DNA of 62,650 nucleotides, filler included, from Diploschistes diacapsis (Eukaryota): the NCBI GenBank assembly GCA_023645945.1. It is 6 parts of 6 records of this genome, joined end to end, with 100 filler letters (N's around TTAATTAATTAA, not from the genome) between each part and the next. Parts side by side here need not be neighbours in the genome. Positions count along the whole stretch, not along the records: positions 1 to 29,249 come from JALAIB010000137.1; 5 more parts are not named here. One strand, given 5' to 3'. Shown piece by piece: positions 1 to 13,260 of this stretch (the first letter of the stretch is position 1; every line of letters begins with the position of its first letter). Made by a program: the position numbers and the translations under genes. The notes beneath the pieces were generated by a model. That model searched no databases. It saw only the letters and a program-made list of their open reading frames with translations, and had not been told where the DNA came from.

Positions 1-540
1 GTGACTGCGTCCGGGATCCATGGGTGGGTTAGCTGGTGGGGGAAAGACTTTGGATGGGGGGCGTGGAAGATGTTAGGGTGAGAAAAGGGAGATCGTGAAG
101 TGTTGTTGCAGATGGGGTATCAGGAGCTCCCAACCTGAAAACAAGAGAGAATAAATGCTTACGACCGGTGGGTAGTCATCGATCTTGCTAATCAGCTCCT
201 TCAAGCTCACGTCTTTGCGGATGGGCATGCGGCCCTCCTCCAAGTTTATGTCCATAGCGGTAGTGTCTTCTGCTTGGGTAGTGCCCTGTTGCTGTCCATT
301 GCCCTCACCGCCTGCGCTCCCGACTCCTTCGCCAAATGCATCGCCCATCTCCGCGTCAAGCGTAGAAGAGGACATGTGAGCATTAGTGCCCACCATTTCA
401 ACGTCTGGGTCGGCATCGAGCTGAGGGGCACCGAGCTCGTCCGTGATGGTGGCTGTCTGGGTTGCCGTCTGGATCTGCTCAGATGTTGGAGGGGGCGCAG
501 GGGTATTGCCGCTGCTGGCAGGATTGATTGAAGAGCTCAT
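1..540 (-). CDS. TAF10: TFIID/SAGA subunit Taf10 (3' part runs off the window)
   Basis: ATG at 540; exon 1 (540-163) ends ...KDVSLKELISKIDDYPPV before a GTAAGC donor; bases 17-1 encode IPDAVT, completing the Taf10 DDYxPxIPDAVT motif. The acceptor is atypical (see findings). Confidence 0.88.
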
Positions 541-1423
541 TGTCAATGGTTGCGTATTATTGGAGACGGGCAATTGGAGAATTAAACAACGAGCCAGCAG
601 GCTAGAGGATAATACGGATCAGGAAAGAGAGTTCAGTGGGGTGCTGGAGCCTTACATTTTTGCACCCACACCTTGTACTTGCTCGAATTCTGTAATTTGT
701 TAGCGAATGGCAAACTCCAACTGGCCGGCTTCTTTATAGCTTGCTGTGGAATCATGCCGCTTTTACAAACGATGGTCTTTTTAAATCCGCGGAGATAGCC
801 GAATACAAGGGTAAAAGCAGCGGGTTGGCCTTTACACAAATCAATTGACCATATTCTAACTTCTCACGACATTCATTTGACCCGGATTTTTTCCGCCAAC
901 ATTTTCGAGTGGGAGGGTGAGTTACCCTGATAGTGTCGCTTGCTTATCTATCTTGCAAGGCTAAAGCTAACGGTGGTGGAAGCTTGCCTACAGTGGAGAT
1001 CCAAGCAGCGTCTAGCAGCTAAAAGGCAATACTATGTACGTTAATATTTATAGTGCTCCCTGGCTTCTGTAGATCATATTTTTGCTTCGAAGACGGGGCC
1101 TTCTTGTTGTAAGTGCGCGACTCGGGAACGACCTGGTCGGGAATGGAATTTCAAGTCAAAAATGTTCATCATGAGCGTTCAAAATCATATAGTATTTCCT
1201 TCAAGTTTCCTTCAAGTCAGCGTCTTTCGGCGATGTCATCACTCAGAAAACATAAATTCCGGTCTCCTGATACTGTGCGGTATGAATTATGTGCATTATG
1301 CTATCGTTGAGAAAGCTATTACATTCAACAAGCTGTTGAAGCCAATGCATCCAAGTTTGCTGGACCAGACCTGTTTGTGCTCTAGGTTTTCCAGGCCCAA
1401 TGTGTAAAACTGCGCCTGACAGC

Positions 1424-4400
1424 TCACCCTACTGCCACGCCATTGGTGACATCTTGTAGCGTGGAACTGACGCTTTTGTCCACCCCTTTTTCGCTTGAGC
1501 CCTGAAGCCCCTTCCGCACAGCTAGGACGCTGTCCACGATTACAGCATCGATGCCTTGCTGTACTTGCAACTTGGAGCTGTTAGCAATGATTCCTTTTTT
1601 TTTTTTTTTTTGGAAAGATCAACGAGGGTACGCTTACCGACACGTTCGTCGGATCGTTGTTGAGCGTGCCGTACGAAACGCAGACCAGTCCACTTTCCTT
1701 GACAACCTTCACCAGCCTCGGACAGAGAACGAGCGGCTCCGCAGCGCTCACGATCCCAAGCAGATTCCACCGACTGGCGAACCGGATAGCTTCCTGCAGA
1801 CTAGTCGCGCGGACGTCACCCGAGAATGAAGTGCCGGCATCCGTCAGGAACAAAATCGGGATACTCGGCTGCTTGAAAGATAACAAGAGGCAGATGTCTG
1901 GGTTGAAGGACGAGAACATGATATTGCGTTTTTTGCCGAGGTCGTAGACCATCTTCAACACCGCATCAACGAATGAATTGAGCTCTACGGCGTAGGTGTC
2001 CATCTCCTGCTGCTCCGACTCAAAGAGCATTGGGTACTTCATTTCGATGTTGAAGCCAGTAGATTCGGGCAGCTTATGAAACATCTCCTCAAGCGTCGTA
2101 AAAGGAGCTTGAATGAAGTTGCCGCGCGAATTGCCTTTGAAGCCTTTCTCCTTGAACGTCCTGGTGTGCTTCATACGCTCGTTCATGTCGTCGTTGGAGA
2201 TTTCGCCCACATTGCTGAGGGACGCCGAGCGATTTTTGCGGAGACCGAACCTGGGATTCAGGGCCTTGTTCTCTGGTTCATGCTCTGGCGATGGAGAGCG
2301 TGACTGTTGCCTGCTTCTCGTGTTGTTGATATGAAGAAATTGTTCGACTGTCATGGTGTGCACCGGAGCGTCAAGGCCAGTTTCGCTGACTAGAAAATCG
2401 TGGTATATCACGGGGACAAGGTCCTTGGTAAGCTGGACATCGAACTCCACGTAGGTCGCTCCCAGATTTGCTGCGGCTATGAAGGACTGTAGGGTGTTTT
2501 CGCCCAACTGCAGTGATGTTCGAGCAGAGACGTTTTTCCCAAGGCCCCGGTGACCTATCAACGTCGTGGACGCCATACTCTTCCAGTATGTGTGGTTTTC
2601 ATTGATAGCCATGTTTGGATGCTGGAACGGCGTAATGACGAGAAAATTGAAATTGACGGATCCAATGATCTCAAGACTCTTGGCTCCCAGCATTGGCACT
2701 GTGATATCACCTTGCAGAGAAATACGCTTTGAGCCGATGCTTGGTTTGATCGTGGACAGCAACGCAACAGCTCGACCCACTACCTGATCCTTGGAGCCAG
2801 CGTAGGTTGGAACAAGGTCGAAGAGAAGTTTCACTTTGGCTGCGTCTTTTGCAGTAAAAGTTACCGGTGCCGTGCTGATGCTGTCCTCGACCGGAAGATC
2901 CACGATAAGCGGCTCCCCTGAAGCACCCGACGCAGAGACAATCAGAGAGAGGGAAGTGTCAAGCTGTGTGGAATGAGCATCAGCAAGTGGTATACGGTCG
3001 AGATTGACAGCGTCCACATCCTTTCTCGTGTCCATGCTACCAAGGCTGACCAGGATAAGACTCTCGTTGGTTAGATATCGATGGCCGAAGCTCTTGACAG
3101 GCTGTGCTATCTTTGCTGCAATGTTATTGATAGGAATCGAGTTGCTTTCAGCAAGCGAGCTGAGTGCCGAAGGAGAAGCCGAGCGGCTTTTTAAAGTCGC
3201 CGACGTGTGCTTGGCGAGTTCCCTGGCTATCTTGCCGTGACCTCGAAGAGCGGCATGCTCTTTGGCGGTCCAGCCAGAAGCATCTGTGCGTTCAAGATCG
3301 GCTTTAGACTTGATCAATACTTCGACTATGTTCAAGTGTCCATCGACGCAGGCGATGTGCAATGGTGTCCATCCAAATGTTTTCTCGGTGATCTCGGTTG
3401 AGGCCTGCTGCTTTGACGTCCCCGCTAGGAGTAGCTCTGCGCATTTCTCGTGGCCATACCTAGCGGCAATATGGAGGGCCGTTTCGCCTTGTGCGTCCTG
3501 GAAGTTTAAGTTCACATATGACTTGACTAACAGGTTGACGATATCCGCGAGATCCTCCTTCACGGCCAGCAAGAGCACCTCTCCAGATCTCCCCATGTGC
3601 TTGCCGACGGAGAGCGGGCCCAGTCCTGGGCCTCGCCATTCTTCGGCTTCCAGTAGAGTTCTCGTGGTCTCTGTGTGACCTCCCAGAACTGCTAAACCAA
3701 GAGGTGACCAACCATCAGAATCCTGCCAGAAAGGAGCGTCAACGCCCTTGGAAATTTCAAATTGACCCCACTCCTGCATACGAGATACAATGCTTTTGGT
3801 GATATGCGTATAACCATGCTGCGCAGCATAGTGCAAGGGCATTCTTCCGAGGCTGTCCTTGGCTTGAAGGGCGCTCCGCTGCTCTGTTCTTTTCATCTTG
3901 TCCAGGATGAACTTCAGTAACTGTAGAGGGCCATCCTCTTGCACGGATTGCCGACATTCTCGACCTTCCTGTGTGGACTTGGAGGCGACGAGCGAATTGG
4001 GCGCCGTCGCTGGTACAATGTAGTTTGCATCTGTTATGGACTCCTCAAGGGCCTTTTCCAGGGTCATGCCGTTGACATTCTGCTTGGACCTACCAAGCGA
4101 GATGAGGAACCGGTGCAGTACGTTTCGCTGATTGATATCATCCGGTTCATCGAGAGTGTCTATGCTGTCTAATAACTGAACAATACAGGCCCGGGATTTG
4201 CAGGAAATCGCGCGCTGCAAGAGGTTGACAAGTAGCTTTTGCTGCGCTATGCCTTCAACATCTTCGCCGTCATACTTTGATTCCCTCAGGACTTCCATGA
4301 GCGCTGAAGCCTCGTCACTTCTGATGGCCCTCTCGACGGTTTCCAGCACGTCATGCGGCAGGTTGATCATCGACTTCACCGAGACACGAGGAAGAGACTT

Positions 4401-5012
4401 TATCGAATGCGAGGAGCTACTGTCGTCATGTACCTTGACATCTCCAAGCTTCGCCAGCCATTCGTTGGTAATGGCTATGAGGTTGATCAAGCTGGCATTC
4501 GTGGCGAAGGGAAGGATATCGACCTTGGACTCAACGTAGCCCCGCTGACTATGCTGAGGGACCCTCTTGTCGAGCTTCTTCGTGATCTTCACAAAACCCC
4601 TTCTGTTCACTTCGCCGTACCACTGGAGATTTCGAAGCTGAGCTCGAAGCTCAAGCAGAGCTCCGACCAGGTCCTCCACGTCATCTCGATCCAAACCCAA
4701 TGGATTCTCCATCGAGTTGCCATACTGATCTTGTAGGAGTTTGACTCTTCTGGCCGTCTCGGCATATTTCTTGTTGTAGAAGCCATCAATATCTTCAAGA
4801 TTGCGATCAAGACAAAAGAAAAATTCTGATATACGGTAAGCTCAACATGGCAATCCGGGAGTCATTGCAGGCCCACCAGCGGTGTCTGCAGCCCGCTCGC
4901 CCCTGGCTACTTCCGCTGCTGCCTTGATTAGCTTCTTCAAACCTTTGTAGTTAATATAATGCGAGGCCCATTCCGGCACCTGGTTCCGAGGCAGGTTATG
5001 TCCAAACTTCAT
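1424..5012 (-). CDS. GDE1: SPX-ankyrin-GDPD glycerophosphocholine phosphodiesterase Gde1
   Basis: Exons 5012-4877, 4825-1638, 1570-1424. SPX start MKFGHNL...YINYKGLKKLIK and GFVKITKKLDK; ankyrin repeats (GETALHIAA, GWTPLHIAC); GDPD motifs IGHRG, ENTLQSF, VEFDVQLTKD, NIEMKYP; last exon GIDAVIVD. Confidence 0.95.
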
Positions 5013-6545
5013 GACTGATCTAGACGTAGTAGGGCTGGTAGAGTACAAAAAAAGCACTAGTTAAAGAAAAGGCGCTGATAGGAAACAGCGAGCCAAATAT
5101 CAGACGCCAAAGAAGACCTCCACTCTACCGCAGGCGAACAGGCAGATATCCATGTTTGCGATAGACGTGATGAAGCTCAACCGAGACTTGATCAAGTTCA
5201 AAGGCTTGATTGATAGCTGATAAGATAGAGGGTTGGACGGGCTTCTAAGGGGCTCCAAAAGTTATCATGAGGCTGTTTGCTGGGCGGTTTGTAACCACCG
5301 CTCGAATCATTTGTGTTTGCCAGTTCAGGCGACGTGCTCCAGGGATTGGCTGTCGTTGGTCAGATTGTGGAGCTGCAGATGAAGTGAGTTAGAGCATGGT
5401 TCAAGAAAAGGATGTGGGATGTGGGCAAGAATGAACTTGAAAATAGTTTGTATACCCTAAATCGAACTAAGGGCTGCTAATGACGTTACCCTCATCTTGC
5501 CGCCGCTTTCCTTTTTTTGTCGTAGAAGGGCGTTGCAAAAAGCACATGCTAATCTCGAGGAATGCAACCCGAAGCTTTTTCTACATCTTAGCACGTAAAT
5601 ACTGGCGAGGGCTCCATTCGCTAGCTTTACTGTTGCAAACCAGGCTTTTGAAGCCAATCAAAGTAGATCACCCAAACAGTGATCTAACGATTGGACATGG
5701 CTTGCAGGCTGGATTAGTCAACATGGCGCTAAGGGGATGCAACCATGTCTAACTGTTAGCATACTAAAAGCTATCTGCTTCAGCCAAGTAAGATGCACTA
5801 ATAGTTGGACATATACGGGGCCCCTTGACTACGCGCTATTTATTACTGCTGCTGCTGCTGCAGTTGCTGCGAACGAAGCCCTTTATCTTGTGTTACCTGG
5901 TTCTGCGCTTTTAACCAACGAGACTAGCCCGCTATGTGCTTTCATGTGAAGGCAGCCAGAAAGATATCCCCCGCAAACACGACCGCTTCAGCTGCGAAGA
6001 TGCACAAAGGCCAACTAAACCAGAGAGGCAAAGCTGACTTCACTTGCCAAAGGCCATCAACTCGGAGAAAGTAACAGCAGCTATTTCTAACCCATTCCCG
6101 TAATAAGCCATGTGCGCTTGACAATGGATTCGATGAAGAGACTAAGTATACGTAGATACATGAGAAACGAGAGGAACGCGAGGCGCATGACCGCAAGCAT
6201 AAGGCGTTCCGAGCATTACATAGGTTTGCTTAATCAATGAATTGCATGCTATTGTACAATTTCTGATGATGAGGACTTTTTAAACAAGTCTCACGCCTCG
6301 GCATCGACGCGTCCCTTGAATGAATAAAAAGAACATATGCTTTCGCTTCTTCCTCAAGCCCCACAGTCTAGCAGCTCTTCTCCATCGGCTACCGCTGTAA
6401 GTTCGACAGCGATAGGCTCCGGCAAGGCATTGCGGACTTTCCACCAAGGATACGAGCCGTTCCCATGATATGAGACGTGAGAAATAAGAGGAGTAAAATA
6501 TACACCAAGTCATTGTAATTGTTAGCGTTCCCGACTGACCTGTTT

Positions 6546-9500
6546 CTAGGGGCGGTATGCATGTGGTACGAAAGAGTAGTAAGATGGAGCCTTGTTACCA
6601 GACAAGTCCAGCGTGAAATGAGGATAACCATAACGACTTGAGTGCGGAGACGAACCGTGGCAACGATCCCAACTATAGGAAATAGGTGGAGCGGATGGAC
6701 CCACGAAATGCTGAGGAATGGTACTGAAGAACTGCTGATTCGCCCCATACGGTTGCCATGCGAAAGGATATGTCGCGCCATTGAAGGCTGCGGTACCGTA
6801 ATCTCCCCTCTCTATCCCAATGACTGCATTGTTGGAGAACGAAGTGACTGGGTACCCATGCCTGCCTTCTATCAATCCCTCCTTGAAGCGCGGTGGAAGC
6901 GAGGTCCCACCTCTGATGCTGGGAGATGCACCATCGAGAGCCCCGAAGTTTGAGGGTCCGCAGGCCACATCGACAGGCACATAGTCCGATCTACCAGGGT
7001 TGAAGCTGACTCCTCTCCGGCCCATTGACGCGTTGTTGAAGCTTGATGGATTGTGGTTGCTCGCTGCCATGCCAACGTACGTGTCGTTGAGCGTTGTGAA
7101 GCCTGGGTCTGCGCTACACGCACTAAGTGAATTGTCGCTAAAGCTTGGGAAATTCGAACTGCCGCTTCGTATACTGGCAGGCATGGTATGGAAGCTCACA
7201 GAGCTAGAATTGCCACCCCGTATGCCTACCGAAGATCTCTGCAATCCTCGTCTCATGGACGCAGCGAGAGCATTAGCTGCAGCGTTAGGAGGTTCCTTCA
7301 AAACCGTACCGATAGCTTCATGTTGAAAGGGGGCGTTTTCATCCTTCAAACTGGGCCCTGGCTTTGGGACACGCCCCTGACTGTTCTCCTTATGACGCTT
7401 GGATATGCGTTCCTCGTACAGCTCTTGCGATTCGTTAGGCAGCCTACTCCAGGTCCAGGGCTTAGCAGCGCTCGGTTCTTTCTGCAGTACCCGTATAGGA
7501 TCGCGAATCTCCTCCACCTCATTCTGCATCTTGTAAATTACTGCCGCTTCAGTCCGTTTTCTGCCATCCTCAGTGGTGGCTGGTGATTTCGATACTTGGC
7601 GTTTGTCCGTGCTATCTGCTGAGATGTCAATAGTCTTGGCCGCCGTTCTTTGGGCTTGAAGCTTCGTGTCTTTAATGGCAAGAGCTCGATGAAGGTCCTC
7701 AGACCCAGCGTCGGTGGCATGAGCCTCTGTAAGGTTTCGTTCTTGACCTATATTGACACTCTCATCCCCCTCCTCAGATGCAACGATAAGCTTGCTTGAG
7801 CCTTCGTTCAGCGCACCCGTGTTGACGCTGGGAACGAAGGGTGTTGCTCTTGGAGAAAGCGCCCAGTGCGAACTTCCAACAGCAAGACTTGAGCCATTTG
7901 AGTTACTGTCAGTACGCGCAGCCTCATTTGAGGATTTTCTTTCGGTATACGCTCCGGAAGCTGCTTCTGAGTGATGTTGAGCAGCTATGGTATTGTGTTT
8001 TACATGCGTTGTTGGGATAAATGGAATTGATTGATAAGCCTGGTCAACAGTAAAACAGTTTGGTCGTTCAAGATACGCCGGATGTTGCTGAAAAGAAATC
8101 ATTTGTTGTATAGCCGTTTGCTTTGCGGCTTCAAGGCATTCCTTTTGACGACGCAGCCCGTCAACCATGTTGATAAGATATCTTTTTTCCTCAGCGTATG
8201 CGCGTACATCGCTTTCAGTGAGCTCGAGATTGTTTTTCGCAGCACATCTTTCCAAGGCTCTCAACTGCTGTTTAATATCTTCCGACTTAACAGTTACGAG
8301 GTTCAGGTCGTCAGGCAACCCTGTCTCGGGATTGCGTACTTGCAGGTTGCCAGCGACCTGGAATGGATAGGCCGAGGGTGGAGCGTAGGTTTGTGCCAGA
8401 TTCGCATTGGAAGACTGCTCTTCAAAGCATATGTTCCCGTATTCTGGATATTCTAAAGCACCTGACTGCTGGTGCATCATATTTACAGCTTGTTGTGAGA
8501 ATCTCGAGACACCGAGCTGTTCCGTTTGCAAATCCTGAGGCATCAGCAGATTTATCTCCGAAAAAACATCTCCACCGTCTTGAAACTGTTGCAAAGGTCG
8601 ATGCGGTTCCGTATATTGCGGTTGTGACGGACGACCTCGAGATACTGGGATATAATATGCTCCGCTGGTTGGCTTGATCAACTCCCAACTTGTCTCGCCA
8701 GTGCTGGTCAAGCGAGCATGCAGCAAGGTCTTGCCGTTGCAAATAATTGCCGCTGTTCCGGTACGTTCTATTTTCAGCACTTTGAAGCCGCTGGGAATGT
8801 TGAGTGCTGGATGAACTGCCGGCCTCTGTCCTGAAACAACATTTTTCTTGTCACCTTTGTCCACGAATTGTTCGAGAAATGCTTGATGAAAGGTCGGAGG
8901 TGGCGAATTAGGTTCAGCAGGGACGATTCTTCCTCCCGCCGTCACTCGCTGATGGCGTGGAGATGAATGGGTACGGAGGAAACGTGCAAAGCCCTTCAGA
9001 TCCTCTGGTTCAGCATCGGTGTTTGGTTGACAAGGCTCACGAATGGCCGCCGCAGGAGTATTTACATTCCGTGAAACAGTAACGCCACCTTGGGAGAATG
9101 TTTCTTCATCACTCGCTACACCCGTGCTAGATGCAGGCATGATAACTCTCTCAGATGCACCGTCGGTCGAAACAAGGATCCTTTGCTTTGGGGCGTTGAT
9201 TACCTCTGAAAGGATTGATTAACTTTGCTTCATGGGATAATAGGAGAAATACAGTGTTAAAGTGCGGGAAAAAGAGCGAAGGTGAAGCAAAGGGGGAGGA
9301 AGGCAAGGTGGTAAGACCATAGCTTTAACACAACACGCGTCACGCATGATTATAGAGAAATTCTAGGAAAATGTTTGTGAGTACTTCCGACTTACCCTGC
9401 GGTGCTTCAGCGCTGAATCTCAGTTCCTTTCGTGGGCGTCCACAAGATCGCATGCTTTCGAGATAGGCCATATCATATGTCCTTTTAGTTTTCGCCATGC

Positions 9501-9648
9501 TTGTCAATGCTGATGAACCACCTGTTTCCGGCCGATTTACGATTGGACCATTCGTATAAGTTTCTACTGAGACCGAAACAGAGGAATTATCCACTGGAGT
9601 TGGGCCCACACTTGAAGGTGTCTTCGCACTTACTTGCGTTGAGCCCAT
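6546..9648 (-). CDS. Uncharacterised ~970-aa largely low-complexity protein with a PAM2-like motif and an N-terminal YxxxxL motif
   Basis: ORF 9648-9396 joins the 864-aa ORF in frame through a GTAAGT...TTCAG intron (9395-9206). It contains FARFLRTHSSPRHQRVTAGGRIVP, a coiled-coil-like segment and LSPRATPFVP. The start codon is uncertain. Confidence 0.7.
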
Positions 9649-9801
9649 GCCGCCGTCGATGTCTCTGCCTTGGCTCGAAACTTCTATTGTTGAGTTTGTT
9701 ATCTCTTATCCCGCTTCCGATTTCAGAGAACAAATGACATGAAGGAAGGGGAAGTGATTCGGTCTTCTGGTTCAGCTTGTCTAATTTTGTGCGTTGCCAG
9801 A

Positions 9802-10774
9802 TCATGCGGCGCCTTCAACGGCTGTTCTGTCCTCTTTTTCCGCAGTAGTGTTATATCCTTCTTCAGTGGCTATGCTGTCCTTTTCTCCGGCAGTAGTGCT
9901 GTACGACTCCTCAGCGGTAGCGCTATCTTGCTCTTCTTCTTTAGTGGTACTGCTGCCGTCTGTTGTATCGGATGAAGCAGGCTGTTTAATTGTTGAGTGA
10001 GCTTTTGACAATGACCATCTCTTCTTAGACATCGGTGACTTACAAGAGGACGTATATGGATCCCGAGTCTTCGCACCAGCTCCGGTTGGCAAATAGGATA
10101 CTCCAAGCACAGAAATTGGATTAAGTCAATGTTGTCTATAAAGAAAGAATGGAACGCTTCAAGAAAGTCGTCTTGTGCGCTTTGCCCCTAGATATTCAGA
10201 GTTAGCAGAGTACTCCTAGAAGCTTTGCCATTTGGTCCAAAGACGAACTTGGGAAGTGCGATAATGGAAGATAGAGTCTGGTGGATGTTCTGTGATGCTG
10301 TCAATACCTGGAAGAAGGCTTTGTGAGCCGTCCTAGCTTACGTATGTAATCGACTAATGTTTTGGTGATTGCAAGAGCAGCAATTTTCCCAAACTGATTG
10401 TCAGTACCCACCGATACCACGGCGAACAGATTCTGGAAAATCCACTGTGGGTGCCCGGACTGATGATGGTTTTCTCTTTCGATGTTTCGGTGTCTCTTGT
10501 TTGAATTGAACCGGTTCACACGGAGGTATGTGCCGATTTCAGTATGAAATATCACTCGAGGAGAGTGACTGGCTGCCGCCAGGATTCGTTGAAAATGGAT
10601 TTCACCAAGTTTCGCTCTTCTGCAGATGTTTTCAATAGCGCCTACTGCTCTGACTTGAATGATGTTATTCGATGTATAAGCGGATATGAAGTATTCAATA
10701 TCTGCTTGGGGCGACATATCTGCTACAAGGAAATCTGAAGATTGTTCCAGGGAAGTGTATTTGCAAAAAGACAT
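9802..10774 (-). CDS. Hypothetical multi-exon protein; 5' structure unresolved
   Basis: Frame-consistent exons 10393-10342, 10297-10249, 10187-10044 and 9981-9802, joined by GTAAGC/CAG, GTTCGT/TAG and GTAAGT/CAG introns, give ...WENCCSCNHQ...DDFLEAFHSFFIDNIDLIQFLCLEYP...EGAA*. The upstream ORF from 10774 is probably part of it. No family recognised. Confidence 0.45.
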
Positions 10775-12116
10775 GAAACAAAAGAAGGTGAAGTAATCTA
10801 CGTTTCTCGTGTGCCCCGAAGGAGCTAAACCGCGAGCGGACGTGATAAAAAGAGACAGCGCTTACCCAGGAGACAGCCCGACCAAACCAGCGGGGCGACA
10901 ATGTCGTAGATTTTGTCCGGAGAGTGACACGGCGTGCGTGCGTGCGAGAAACGTGTCGATGGCGAGCGTCCCTCGCACGTCCGGATCCGTAGGTACAGCA
11001 AAGGGTCAAGCGGGACGTGCCAACGACGATGTCCGGAGAGAGGTATCGTACATAGGTAAGTAAGGAAACGAAGAACTCGAAGGCGGAGGAACGGCAACAG
11101 GAATGAGGACGAGTAGGTACTGCTTAGTTGTGAGGAGGAGAAGGAAATGTTTCTTCAAACTGGCGATGGGGAAGATGATGGAGGAAAAGAAATTTGTGCC
11201 TTCCCACGATGTCCTTCTCCTCCTCCCCCTTCTACGTTTGTGTTGATCGGACAACTGTGCACTGCAGCAGAAAGAGTCACTTGTCACTGTCATGTTGAAT
11301 AACGTTGAGGAAGGAGCCTGAGAATGAAGGAACGGTAGAGGCCTGATGTCTGGGGAAGGAGCTGCTTTTGAAGAGGACGATGACGCCATCTGCTTACAAA
11401 ACCTCTCCGTTTGCCTGGTCGGTATTCGCAGGCAATGAATGAAAACATTGAAAGTGTTTCTTGAAGACAAACAGATGAACACCCACGGGTAACCAGAACA
11501 TGTCCAGATTCATTGCCAGCAAAAGCGACTGGGAGATGTTTCTGTCTTGTCTATTCGGGAGTGCTTCGACTTAGGAACCTCTCGGGACGATGATGCTTGA
11601 CAAATGACTCTCACCATAAAACAGCAATAGGCTACGATCTCAGGATAGCACTGCACGCTTTGTAGCGGCAAATGAAGTTGTGTAGTAGTTTGAAAAGACA
11701 ATCATTGCAATATACTATACTGTGGCTATAGCAAACTCGCTCACTTTCTCCCCCCTTTTCGCTTGCTGTCGTACTTGCTATTGTGGTTTCGCTATATATA
11801 TCAGTTTAGTTCAATACTGGCAGAATCCAGTATTGTTGGTCTTTTGGCTATGTGGCCTAGCGGTACTAAACTGGCGCTTTGTAATATCACACTATATTGA
11901 GCAACCAGTAGCGCTTTTTGCCGGAGCGGATCAAGCTTTAGTCCGAGCACGAGACAAAGTAACAGGTACAATCTGCAGCAATAGGCATGGTTCGGGGAAC
12001 AGATGGTCCCAAGATGCGCAGAAGTGTCTTGCTCGGATACTGAGTCTGAACTTCCGAGTCTGGAAACTAGGTATATATGAATCAAACATCCATCGTTCAA
12101 CTCTGCCTCCTAGCTC

Positions 12117-12688
12117 TCACATTCCACTGCTTCCCCCATCGCTCCACACACCCCCTTCCGTCCCCTCCGCCCCTTCAAACATCTCCTGTTGCAACACAAT
12201 ACTGTACACGCTCGCCTTGAGCAGCGTCGACACCAGGCTCGTTTTGCGTTCCAGCAGCCTCAGCCCATCCAGAATACCGGCCGTAGGATTCTGGGCCAGG
12301 TTGGCCAGTATTGGCGAAAGCTAGGATAAGTTAGCGAGTTGCATTGGAACGGCCGAAATCAAGGTATAGACTACGTGGAGATACTCCTTTCCATCTTGGA
12401 AAGTGTAGGAGAATCATATCGAGCAAAGCGATAAGCTGGCATATTTAAAGAAAAGAAAGGGGGGGGGGGGTGCCATATTATAGGAATAGAGCGCACCTTA
12501 TCAAGATTCTCCCTCAACTTAACATACTCGTCCAAAACCTCCCTCTCCAGCTCCGTCAGACTCTTGCTCTCGTCCCGCTGTGCTCCCTGCCCATTTTGAT
12601 CTCGATAGTCGTGGGAATACGCGTTGTGCCTTTGCTGTTGCTCGCCTGCCGACGACGACGACGACACGTCGGCCGCGTTGTCGGCCAT
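12117..12688 (-). CDS. DAD3: DASH/Dam1 kinetochore complex subunit Dad3
   Basis: Exons 12688-12497 and 12320-12117; LTELEREVLDEY..L..NL and ILDGLRLLERKTSLVSTLLKASVYSIVLQQ match Dad3. Confidence 0.9.
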
Positions 12689-13260
12689 CGGGTCGGATTG
12701 TAATCAGGCACTCACTACCATTTTTGAACCTTTTCCAATAGCGGAGTAAAGGCTGATGGCCAAGACGAGAGAATGGTGATGGTGCTGGCGATATCTATTT
12801 TACTTTACGACAAGGATTGTTTGGAGAGGTGGGGACCAAAATGGCCAAATTCACGTGTGGAACAATTCTCGGATTGGAGCTCCCGAAGACGCGTAAATAA
12901 TAGCATGCTACAATGTAAAAACTTTGCATGGTAAATCGAACAACTTTGAATCTTTACAACACGCGGGCATGCTCCAAGTAAGAGTCGTTTCTAATCGGTC
13001 TGCTGCGAAGCAGCGGCATGATTCGGTAACGCCCAAAGGCGCCACACGCGCCCTTTCTATATCTCTGAGAATGCATTGGCCAAAAATATTGTTACAGTCA
13101 TGAATCGCTTCAATCAGGGCAAGTCCCGTATCCGCCTCTTCTCTTGCAAGCCCAGAACCTCCCAAAGCCACATATTGTTTGGCTTCTTCTTACCACAGCT
13201 CATTCCCTGCAAGCTCTGTCGCTGACAAAGTCCAAGCATTGAGCGTATCTCGTTTTTGCA

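Noticed and set aside
10188..10190. In-frame TAG as an A-to-I-edited or read-through stop
   Set aside because: Better explained as the acceptor of a canonical GTTCGT...GCTAAC...TAG intron.
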